A stretch of DNA of 24,452 nt, from positions 1 through 24,452 of the forward strand of contig JAGUZM010000005.1 of assembly GCA_020060805.1 (NCBI GenBank). Reading direction: 5' to 3'. The translations under genes and the position numbers were made by a program. Source of the DNA: Deltaproteobacteria bacterium (lineage in GTDB: Bacteria > Desulfobacterota > DSM-4660 > Desulfatiglandales > HGW-15). The first letter of the stretch is position 1. Every line of letters begins with the position of its first letter. This document shows positions 8,925-16,359 of the stretch, one piece after another. The notes under the pieces were generated by a model. The model was not told where the DNA came from, made no database searches, and saw only the letters and a list, made by a program, of their open reading frames with translations.

Positions 8925-10841
8925 TCATGTCGTGGCCGCGGCGCTGCACCTTTTTACATATTCCGCGACTACTAGTGGAATCGCTATAGCGATTCCGACC
9001 GCGTCGAAAATCAAACCAGGGATGATCATGACACCCCCGCCGCAGAAAAAGATCATCCGCTTGGGCCAGGAGAGCGAGCGGAACAGATAGCCTTCAAGGC
9101 CCATTGATATCACGTAAATGCCAGCAATCGCGCTCACGGCTCCCTCCACAATGTCGAAAAGCGACCCCTGGAGCAGCAGGGCGGGGCGATATGCGAATAT
9201 GAATGGGATAATATATGCAGCAATCCCGAGTTTCATCGATTGCAGTGCGGTCTTGAACATACTTGCTCCGGCAAGCGAGGCTGCAGCATAAGCCGCCAGG
9301 CAGACCGGGGGCGTCAGAAAGGAGAGGATTGCGTAATAAAAAACGAAGAAATGCGCTATTAATCCAGGAATTCCGGAGTCGACCAGGGCGGGGGCGATGA
9401 GGACCACCATCAGCAGGTATGCGGCGGTGACTGTCATCCCCATCCCCAGGATGCTTGCACCGATGGCCGCAAACAGCAGGAGCAGAAAAACATTTCCTCC
9501 TGCCAAAGATACCAACATGTCGGAAAATATGAAACCGAGTCCGGTGATGCTCAAGACGCCGATGATAATGCCTGCCCCGGCACTCGTGACCCCTACTTCC
9601 AAAAGCCCCCTTCCAGTATCACGAAGGACCGAAAGAGCTTTGGTCCATGTCACGCCTTGATGTCTCGCAAAGCAGAGGCCCAATGCGAGAGACCCCCCGG
9701 CCGTAATGAGACCGGAGCTCTCCGGCTCCCAGCCAAAGAAGAAAAGCAAGCCGATCAGCACTAGGAATGGCAGAACAAATGTCCAGCCTTTCAACACGAC
9801 CCTCCAGAAATTTGGGATCTGCTCAGATGGCATGCCTTTGAGATCGAGCTTAGCCGCCCTTAAGTCAACCTGAATGAACACCGCAAGGTAGTAGAGAGTC
9901 GCTGGGATAATCGCCGCGATGGCGATCTCCGAGTAGGGGATGTTAAGAAATGTGGCCATCAGGAAGGCCGCCGCCCCCATGATGGGAGGCATGATCTGAC
10001 CGCCGGTAGAAGCGACAGCCTCGACGGCGCCGGCGAAATAGGGGGGGTAGCCTGATCTTTTCATCAGTGGGATCGTAAACACCCCCGTCGTCACCACATT
10101 GGCTACGGCGCTCCCCGAAATGGAGCCAAACAGGCTCGATGCGATGACCGCCACCTTGGCCGGACCACCCCTGTATCTCCCCATCAAAGAAAAGGCGATG
10201 TCTATGAAAACCTTCCCGCCGCCTATAACCGAAAGCACTTGTCCAAACAACACGAAAACCAGCACTATGGTCGCCGATACATTCAAGGGCACACCGAATA
10301 TCCCTTGTTCGTCCAGATAGAGAAAGGTGACCAAAGAGGTGAAGGGTATACTTCTCATCCCCAAGATGCCCGGGAAATGAGACGAAAAGAGCGCGTAGAA
10401 TAGGAAAGGCAACATGATAATCACAAAGGGCAAACCGACGACTCTTCTGGATGACTCAAGGACCAGTAGCACTGCAATGAGGCCGAGTAAGACACGTTCC
10501 TGTGTAATTAGACCCGACTCAACAGCAAGGATCTCGTAATTCACGCTGACATAGAGTCCCGACATGATCGCGAGAATGGCAAAACAAAAATCATACCACG
10601 GCAGCCGATTTAATGCCTTGCCTTTCCTAATGGGGAATAGAAGAAACGAAGCTGCTATCACTAAACCGAAAACTACCCCCAAATATTGCTGAGTAAACAA
10701 GGGAATTTTCACGAATTCGCTAAGATGCAGCATGAAGACGATGCCGCTTATAGGGATGAGGGCGAGAACGAAGTCGGTCAAACCCCCAGCCCATCCTTTG
10801 AGTCTCCGAAAAGAAGTCTCCACGCCCTTCCTTTCACTCAT
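8925..10841 (-). CDS. TAXI-type TRAP transporter fused permease (DctQ-DctM fusion, 4TM/12TM type), copy 1
   Basis: 638-aa polytopic membrane protein immediately downstream (51-nt gap) of a TAXI-like binding protein gene. Paralogous to 16360-18249, for example FGSISGSAVANVVTTGVFTIPLMKRSGY vs FGMMTGSQTANVAAVGTLTIPLMIRSGY. GAGGTGGAG RBS. Confidence 0.9.
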   Translation of the reverse strand: MSERKGVETSFRRLKGWAGGLTDFVLALIPISGIVFMLHLSEFVKIPLFTQQYLGVVFGLVIAASFLLFPIRKGKALNRLPWYDFCFAILAIMSGLYVSVNYEILAVESGLITQERVLLGLIAVLLVLESSRRVVGLPFVIIMLPFLFYALFSSHFPGILGMRSIPFTSLVTFLYLDEQGIFGVPLNVSATIVLVFVLFGQVLSVIGGGKVFIDIAFSLMGRYRGGPAKVAVIASSLFGSISGSAVANVVTTGVFTIPLMKRSGYPPYFAGAVEAVASTGGQIMPPIMGAAAFLMATFLNIPYSEIAIAAIIPATLYYLAVFIQVDLRAAKLDLKGMPSEQIPNFWRVVLKGWTFVLPFLVLIGLLFFFGWEPESSGLITAGGSLALGLCFARHQGVTWTKALSVLRDTGRGLLEVGVTSAGAGIIIGVLSITGLGFIFSDMLVSLAGGNVFLLLLFAAIGASILGMGMTVTAAYLLMVVLIAPALVDSGIPGLIAHFFVFYYAILSFLTPPVCLAAYAAASLAGASMFKTALQSMKLGIAAYIIPFIFAYRPALLLQGSLFDIVEGAVSAIAGIYVISMGLEGYLFRSLSWPKRMIFFCGGGVMIIPGLIFDAVGIAIAIPLVVAEYVKRCSAAATT

Positions 10842-10892
10842 ATCTCCACCTCTTTGCGTCGGTGACTACGTAAGCGATAACCTTATTGTTTG

Positions 10893-11921
10893 CTATTTCT
10901 GTTCCTTCTTCAGGAGTTCCTCCTGAATGTTTGCCATTTCTTTGGTCCAGACGCCCTTTTCTTTGAAAAGCCTCACCGCCCCGGGGTGATAGGGAACAAT
11001 GAACTGGTTGGTAAGAAAGATCTCGGGCTTCCACGCTTTCAATCCAGCATGGATTTTCCCAAGCTCCTGATGATGATCCCAGAGGATCTTCATCACGTCG
11101 TACACCTTATCGTCAGGGTAGTTTGACCTGCAAATCAGGTAGATATCGTACCCCCACAAATAGCCTTCCTTTTCAATTCCGGTGTTCCCCGGACCAGGGG
11201 CGACTTTGACAGGATAGCCCGGGAAGAATTGTCGGGTACGGGCCAAAGCCTCCTGGGAAGTATCGAATTGAAGAAGGCGAGCCCCCTTCTTCGCATGGAG
11301 TTCATCGATGATAGGCATGCCCAGCGCTGCCGCCCCGCTCGCATCAGCCCGTCCGTCGATTACCACCGCCACGGCCTCCTGGACCGAATTGACCGGCACA
11401 GGTGTCACTTCGCTCCACTTGACTCCACCATTAGCCAGATACGCCTCTATTTGCAGTTGAAGAGATGGTACAGGCATGTTGCCGCCGACCCGCTTTCCCT
11501 TAAGGTCAGAATAGGAGAAGATACCGGAATCTTTCGCCACGACCAGACATCCAAGGTTATTCACGCTTATGGCAACCAAACGGACCGGAAAACCTTTACC
11601 CCCCGACAGCTTGGAGTAGACCGATTCGCCCAGCCAACTCTTCTCTGCATCCCACATATTGAGAACGCCCAGATCAATGCTGTCCCGTTCCATGAACGGG
11701 AGCCATGCCACAGGCCCTTTCATAGGTTTTACTGTGGGGACAACATCAGAGTGATCGGAAACTACTTTTGCAACCGCAGTTCCTACTACGTTGAAAAAGG
11801 AACCGACCGGATGTGTCCCGATGCTCATGAATTCTTTTGCGGGTGCCGACTCTGCTCCAAGTACCCAAGCAAGACAAAGAAGGGTAGCCATTATGATCAA
11901 GAACTTCACATTCCTTTTCAT
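10893..11921 (-). CDS. TAXI-family TRAP solute-binding protein, copy 1
   Basis: Signal peptide (MKRNVKFLIIMATLLCLAWVLGAESAPA) and a periplasmic-binding-protein-sized 342-aa ORF. The N-terminal IGTHPVGSFFNVVGTAVAKVV resembles the TAXI G-x-G-G-x-Y-x-x-G region. Sits directly upstream of a fused TRAP permease. AAGGAG RBS. Confidence 0.8.
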   Translation of the reverse strand: MKRNVKFLIIMATLLCLAWVLGAESAPAKEFMSIGTHPVGSFFNVVGTAVAKVVSDHSDVVPTVKPMKGPVAWLPFMERDSIDLGVLNMWDAEKSWLGESVYSKLSGGKGFPVRLVAISVNNLGCLVVAKDSGIFSYSDLKGKRVGGNMPVPSLQLQIEAYLANGGVKWSEVTPVPVNSVQEAVAVVIDGRADASGAAALGMPIIDELHAKKGARLLQFDTSQEALARTRQFFPGYPVKVAPGPGNTGIEKEGYLWGYDIYLICRSNYPDDKVYDVMKILWDHHQELGKIHAGLKAWKPEIFLTNQFIVPYHPGAVRLFKEKGVWTKEMANIQEELLKKEQK

Positions 11922-11999
11922 GGTCGTGCTCCTTTCCAGTTTAAGGTGAAAACCTATCTCCCCGGGATTCGGTCTTCCTCAGATCTTCGCTTGAACAAA

Positions 12000-12014
12000 G
12001 CAAAATACTTGCCA
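12000..12014 (-). promoter_or_regulatory. Sigma-54 (-24/-12) promoter-like element for the TAXI operon (copy 1)
   Basis: The minus strand reads TGGCAA-GTATT-TTGC with correct GG/GC spacing, about 80 nt upstream of the ATG at 11921. Confidence 0.6.
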
Positions 12015-12136
12015 CTCCGCGGCTTATCAAAGGCATTCGTCACGAATAGGCAGGGAAACTGTTTAAAAACAGCCATGAGATAGAAAATGCCCTCTTCAAA
12101 GCTTGCATTTCTGTATCTGAAGCGGACGCATGCCTT

Positions 12137-12159
12137 TGGACATGTCCATGCATTGGACA
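12137..12159. promoter_or_regulatory. Composite palindromic operator / putative activator-binding site (site B)
   Basis: TGGACATGTCCA-TGCAT-TGGACA. The 12-mer is identical to site A, with the same 5-nt spacer length and third half-site. It lies about 125-145 bp upstream of the 12000-12014 promoter. Confidence 0.5.
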
Positions 12160-12336
12160 CCTGTTTTCGAATCGGTCTCGCAATAAGCCCACCCGGCAGA
12201 ACCGAACTTCACCACGACTTCGTTGGTATTGGTCCTTTGTCCAGTTGCTTTTCAGAATCGTCTCAACGCTTCGTCAATTGCTAGTCCGCGCGCCCTCTTG
12301 CCTTAGAACAGACATATTCTGAAGAGATCGTCGGCT

Positions 12337-12633
12337 CAACTTTGACGAATTCGTAAAAAGTCGAAAATGCGCTTTTTCAGTCATCCCGGTGAAAACCGGG
12401 ATCCAGTGATTTCAAGAACTTCCGGATGCCGGATCAAGTCCGGCATGACGGCCTCAGGACTTTTTACGAGATTGTCAACTTTGATGCTCCCGTAAAAAGT
12501 CCGGCGCGTCCATTCCGTTCATGGTTCGATACCTCACCACGAACGGAATATCATACACTTACGGCTGTTTAGTCCGTTCCCCCTGAGGTATCGAAGGGTG
12601 AACGGGACTTTTTACGGGGCCTCAACTTTGATG
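12337..12633. repeat. Two tandem MITE-like / REP-like non-coding repeat elements
   Basis: The direct repeat CAACTTTGA(C/T)G occurs at 12337-12347, 12476-12486 and 12623-12633. Each interval is bounded by inverted repeats: CGTAAAAAGTC (12352-12362, 12491-12501) and GACTTTTTACG (12458-12468, 12606-12616). Internal hairpins: CCCGGT-GAAA-ACCGGG (12385-12400); ATGCCGGA-TCAAG-TCCGGCAT (12426-12446); ATTCCGTTC/GAACGGAAT (12512-12520 / 12541-12549); and a 22-nt imperfect inverted repeat 12515-12536 / 12584-12605 (19 of 22 positions pair). Confidence 0.6.
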
Positions 12634-12671
12634 TTTTGCGCTTTTTTATATGAAAATTACTCCATGTCTTT

Positions 12672-12686
12672 AGGCATGGTCTTTGC
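12672..12686 (+). promoter_or_regulatory. Possible sigma-54 (-24/-12) promoter for ubiX
   Basis: The plus strand reads AGGCAT-GGTCT-TTGC with correct GG-N10-GC spacing, 197 nt upstream of the ubiX ATG. This is weaker than the other three elements and has a long leader. Confidence 0.4.
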
Positions 12687-12882
12687 TGAACGGTTACATG
12701 TGGTGGAGCGGAGATGTGGATATCATCTCACTCTCACGCCGCTCATGATAGAATCGCAATTGATCAGCGAATGGCAAAGAAACTCGACCTACATGGTTGG
12801 ATACATTGCTTAAGCACGAGCACTTTAGACGCGGTCATAAAGCTATTGACGCTACACCAAAACGGTTTCCAAGGAGAATATA

Positions 12883-13470
12883 ATGGGAAAACGGATCGTG
12901 ATCGGATTATCCGGAGCAAGCGGGATGATATATGGCATACAGTTATTAAAGGTACTTAAGAACATTGAAATTGAAACGCACCTCATTATGTCAGAATCCG
13001 GCATGAGGAACCTTCAAATCGAGACTTCCTTTACTCCTTCTGAGGTTGCTGCTATGGCTGATTTCACATATGACAACAGAGATGTAGGCGCAGCTCTTGC
13101 GAGTGGATCATTTTTGACAGAAGGAATGGTGATTGCTCCATGCACCATAAAGAGTTTGTCTGGGATCGCCAATTCTTATTGTGAAAATCTGCTAGTAAGA
13201 GCTGCAGACGTCACACTTAAAGAAAAGAGAAAACTGGTTCTGCTGGTAAGAGAAACCCCTTTGCACATAGGACATCTGAGGTTAATGACTAGGGCCGCAG
13301 AAATGGGTGCGCATATATTGCCCCCTGTGCCCGCTTTCTATCACCGGCCAAAAACGATTGATGATTTGATCAATCAGACTGTGGGAAAGGTACTTGATTT
13401 TCTGGAGATTAGGCACGACCTATTTACTAGATGGGGGGAAGAGTCTCAAAGTGGGAAATCAAGACAATAA
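12883..13470 (+). CDS. ubiX: UbiX-type flavin prenyltransferase (prFMN synthase)
   Basis: 195 aa. Characteristic N-terminus MGKRIVIGLSGASGMIYGIQLLKVL, plus VIAPCTIKSLSGIANSY and LLVRETPLHIGHLRLM. AGGAGA RBS. Confidence 0.9.
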   Translation: MGKRIVIGLSGASGMIYGIQLLKVLKNIEIETHLIMSESGMRNLQIETSFTPSEVAAMADFTYDNRDVGAALASGSFLTEGMVIAPCTIKSLSGIANSYCENLLVRAADVTLKEKRKLVLLVRETPLHIGHLRLMTRAAEMGAHILPPVPAFYHRPKTIDDLINQTVGKVLDFLEIRHDLFTRWGEESQSGKSRQ

Positions 13471-13533
13471 TCTTGTAAAAGGAAATCAGGAGCAGCTTCG
13501 ACGATGATGGGGTTTTGAGTCTTAAAAAAATGT

Positions 13534-14523
13534 CTATAGATGTAATAACCTTTTCGCGTTTCCCTCGAAAATCATTTTCTTGTGATCCTCGGGGATGGTA
13601 ATCGTATTTATTGCATCGATCGTTAGCCGCAGGTACCTGGCTCCACACTCGCAGTCATATGGCATATCTGTTCCAAATAGCATATGCTCAGATCCAAAGA
13701 AGGCATATCCGCACATAAGACTGTTTGGTGCTCCATAGAGGGCGGTGTCGCCATAAAACCTGCGAAAATACTCTATTGGAGGTTTGTTGAGATGTTTTTT
13801 GAATTTCGCTCCGAGGCAAACGTCTGCAAAATCCTGACCGCCTGCCATACGATCCGCAAAGTAGGGTAGCATGCCCCCACAGTGATGGGTTATGATCTTC
13901 AAGTTGGGATATTTCTCCATGATCCCGCTAAAAACAAGCCTTGTCATTGCCGAAGTTGTTTCATAGGGCCAGCCAAACATGCTGAAGATCCAGTACTTGG
14001 AATGATCTTCACTCCTGTAATCGGAGAAGCTTCGATCCCTTTGAGGGTGAATCCAGATTGGAAGGTCGTATTGTGACATTTTGTCGTAAAGCGGGAGAAA
14101 CTCTTTTTGATCTATCGGTTTGTCGTTTGTGGGCGTATATATCTGCACACCCTTAAAGTTTAGTTGAGTGATAGCTCTATCGAGTTCCTTTAAAGCGGCA
14201 TCGATATCGTTCATAGGAAGGCAGGCTACTGCGGCTACAAAGCGCCGAGGATATTTGGCTACCAGCTCTGCCATTTCATCATTTGCGAGTTTTGCGAGCT
14301 CAACTGCTTCCTTATCTCCGACGACGGATTCGATGGGAGGAGAAGCCAGGGTCAAAACCTGTCTGAGCCCGTCGAACTCATCAACAATGCCAAACCATCT
14401 GTCCAAATCCCACAGGGTGGGGACCGCGTCATCCACCCCGCGCAGGTAATAGTCACTTCGCGCTTTTCGATCGAGAGCATTCTTATAGTTGATGGGTAGA
14501 ATGTGGGCGTAGATATCTATCAT
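13534..14523 (-). CDS. Amidohydrolase_2 (ACMSD / non-oxidative aromatic decarboxylase-hydratase) family protein
   Basis: The N-terminal MIDIYAHILP aligns with the ACMSD-type IDIHSHILP metal motif. It also has WIHPQ, ITHHCGG and FGTDMPYD motifs. The start is ambiguous. The track ORF uses a TTG at 14589 with no RBS; the ATG at 14523 gives a family-typical 329 aa, but its GGAG is 12-13 nt away. Confidence 0.8.
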   Translation of the reverse strand: MIDIYAHILPINYKNALDRKARSDYYLRGVDDAVPTLWDLDRWFGIVDEFDGLRQVLTLASPPIESVVGDKEAVELAKLANDEMAELVAKYPRRFVAAVACLPMNDIDAALKELDRAITQLNFKGVQIYTPTNDKPIDQKEFLPLYDKMSQYDLPIWIHPQRDRSFSDYRSEDHSKYWIFSMFGWPYETTSAMTRLVFSGIMEKYPNLKIITHHCGGMLPYFADRMAGGQDFADVCLGAKFKKHLNKPPIEYFRRFYGDTALYGAPNSLMCGYAFFGSEHMLFGTDMPYDCECGARYLRLTIDAINTITIPEDHKKMIFEGNAKRLLHL

Positions 14524-14625
14524 AAATTTCGGAATCTCCGCTTGCTTTTTCAATCCGAGGCTTAATTCAGCTGCATTTCTTCGAGGCAATCATGAGCACG
14601 GTGCGGCTCCGTTCTACATGTATAA

Positions 14626-15759
14626 TCAATCCATTCTTTCCTGGATACATCCGAACGGCTCACGTTTGATCAATGCTTCAAAACACTTGTTGCAGGAGAC
14701 GCACTTCGCTTTGTGCGCGGGATCTCTTTGCCATTCGGTGATCAGTTGTGGTTCTCTTATAAGAGGACGTGAAAGCGAAATGAGATCAGCGTCTCCCGTT
14801 TCAATGATTTCTTCCATGAGACTGAAAGACCTCAAACCGCCTACTATCATAATAGGCACATTCACTTTGGGCCGAACTTCTTTACACCATGGCCTGAAAT
14901 ATGCCTCCCGATCACGCGCGGTGATCTGTGTGCGGAACTCTGATTTTGAATACCCTTTGCCCCGTAGTCCAAGGCTGATCTCCAATGCCGTATATCCGGA
15001 TTCCGCAAGGAGTCGGCACGCCTGCCGACCTTCTTCAAAGCTGAGTCCTCCCGGCCGACCGTCTTGTACCCCGATTTTGATCATCACGGGGTAGTCCCCG
15101 CCTGTCGATGCCACAATTTGACGATAGATCTCGAGATGTATCCGGAGGCGGTTTTCGAGACTCCCTCCCCACGAATCGGTTCGCCGATTTGTCAATGGTG
15201 AAAGAAATTGGCTCAAGAGATAACCGTGGGCGGCATGGATCTGCACAGCATCAAAGCCGCTCGCCCTGGCCCTTACCGCGGCTTCGCCGAAAGCGTGAAC
15301 TACCGTAGAGATGTGATCTTCAGTCATGACCTGGTAGGAGTTTGGGTCGAGCAAATCATCTTCAATTCGTGAAGGCGAAAGCGCCGACTGATCTTTAGAC
15401 TTTATGAACTTCACCCTCTCAATGCCGGCATGAAATAGTTGAGCCGCTATTTTCGCTCCGAAATTATGAACCTTGGATGTCAATTCCCTGAAACTTGGGA
15501 TGCAGTCATCCTTAGCCAGGGAGTTCTGAAAACCGGATATCCTTCCTGAAGGGTGCACATAGGTAATCCCTGTGATAATCAGGCCCACCCCGCCGCTTGC
15601 CAGATCGGAGCAAATCTTTAATTGCTCCGCTGAGACACAGCCGTTTCTCTCGGCCGAGCCATCGTATGTGGCAGACCTTACAAAACGGTTTCGCAAAACC
15701 AAACCACCGATCGGGAATGGCTGAAAAATCTTGTTCAATGGAGATCCCCCCTTTTTCAT
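14626..15759 (-). CDS. Old Yellow Enzyme / 2,4-dienoyl-CoA reductase-family FMN oxidoreductase, short form ending in a 4Fe-4S Cys motif
   Basis: OYE TIM-barrel motifs (LRNRFVRSAT, VQIHAAHGYLLSQFLSPLTNRRTDSWGGSLENR). The C-terminus is C-VS-C-NK-C-x11-C (CVSCNKCFEALIKREPFGC), and the protein stops 7 residues later. There is no C-terminal FAD/NAD(P)H domain. Confidence 0.85.
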   Translation of the reverse strand: MKKGGSPLNKIFQPFPIGGLVLRNRFVRSATYDGSAERNGCVSAEQLKICSDLASGGVGLIITGITYVHPSGRISGFQNSLAKDDCIPSFRELTSKVHNFGAKIAAQLFHAGIERVKFIKSKDQSALSPSRIEDDLLDPNSYQVMTEDHISTVVHAFGEAAVRARASGFDAVQIHAAHGYLLSQFLSPLTNRRTDSWGGSLENRLRIHLEIYRQIVASTGGDYPVMIKIGVQDGRPGGLSFEEGRQACRLLAESGYTALEISLGLRGKGYSKSEFRTQITARDREAYFRPWCKEVRPKVNVPIMIVGGLRSFSLMEEIIETGDADLISLSRPLIREPQLITEWQRDPAHKAKCVSCNKCFEALIKREPFGCIQERMD

Positions 15760-15820
15760 TCCATTGTGAGAGACTGTACTGTAGAGAGACTTCTTTGTCG
15801 CTGTTCACGCCATTGCCTGG

Positions 15821-16309
15821 TCACGGTCCCGCCTTGATTCTGAACTCCTCGTCCATCTCGACCCAGCCCGGACCGAATCTCTGGTCATAAAAAGCGGCAA
15901 AACGATCGTACCATCGGGCCCATGTGCTTTTCCCCGCCTGCAGCGCCTCAAGGACGTCATTCAGGTAAGCGGCAATATTCTCGAGTTTTTCCTTTGGTAT
16001 GAAAAAGGCGGCACCCTGCTTGAATGACTTCACCGTGTCCTGAACGGTTAAAGAGTGGGCAGTGAGCATTACGGGGATCACCCTCCTGCGCTTTGCAACC
16101 TCAAGAAGCGAATACCCGTCGACTCCCATGATGTCGAGCACGGCGATGTCAAAGTACTCGTTCTCGAGAAGTTTCTTCGCCTTTTCAAATGTCTCGGCCT
16201 TCACCACGTCGCACATCGATAGGAGGGACTCCAGTGTGGCCAGAATATCGGGTTCATCATCGACCACGAGAACTCTTTTGTATTTCAACACGTCCTTTCT
16301 CCTGTTCAC
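15821..16309 (-). CDS. Stand-alone response-regulator receiver (REC) protein with Trp-rich C-terminal tail (paralog 2)
   Basis: VVDDEPD, AVLDIMG, MLTAH and FFIPKEK (conserved Lys present). The tail is STWARWYDR...FGPGWVEMDEEF. GTG start preceded by GAGGA. Alignable along its full length with the 1883-2374 product. Confidence 0.85.
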   Translation of the reverse strand: MNRRKDVLKYKRVLVVDDEPDILATLESLLSMCDVVKAETFEKAKKLLENEYFDIAVLDIMGVDGYSLLEVAKRRRVIPVMLTAHSLTVQDTVKSFKQGAAFFIPKEKLENIAAYLNDVLEALQAGKSTWARWYDRFAAFYDQRFGPGWVEMDEEFRIKAGP

Positions 16310-16359
16310 TTATCCTCATTTTTGTCTGCCATTTGGACTTCATCCCTGCCGTGAGCCCC

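Noticed and set aside
11229-12083. 284-aa plus-strand ORF, and similar long antisense ORFs at 1450-1980, 4215-4775, 5603-6220, 7407-8042, 14618-15094, 16517-17041, 18447-18929, 20377-21033, 21285-21926, 22314-22892 and 22974-23429.
   Set aside because: Each lies antisense to a CDS with strong family motifs and a good RBS. Their translations are Arg/Ser/Pro/His-rich with no recognisable motif and no Shine-Dalgarno. They are shadow ORFs typical of this GC range.
11954-12284. Small ORFs overlapping the TAXI promoter and operator region (68 aa on the minus strand at 11954-12160; 65 aa on the plus strand at 12087-12284).
   Set aside because: They span the -24/-12 element and the palindromic operator, lack an RBS, and have odd composition. 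I treat the region as regulatory DNA.
12690-12705. TTACATGTGG, just downstream of the candidate ubiX promoter, as a possible fourth operator copy.
   Set aside because: It shares only the ACATGT core. It lacks the GG/CC flanks and the N5-TGGACA third half-site, so it is not counted.
12846-12884. A sigma-70-like TTGACG (12846-12851) and a TATAAT (12879-12884) upstream of ubiX.
   Set aside because: The spacer is 27 nt, far from the 16-18 nt required. The TATAAT also overlaps the ubiX start codon, so this is not a functional -35/-10 pair.
12598-12959. Two small plus-strand ORFs (71 aa at 12598-12813 and 81 aa at 12714-12959) in the intergenic hub.
   Set aside because: Neither has an RBS. One starts inside the repeat element and the other overlaps the ubiX start. 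They have no recognisable motif and more likely fall in the untranslated leader or promoter region.
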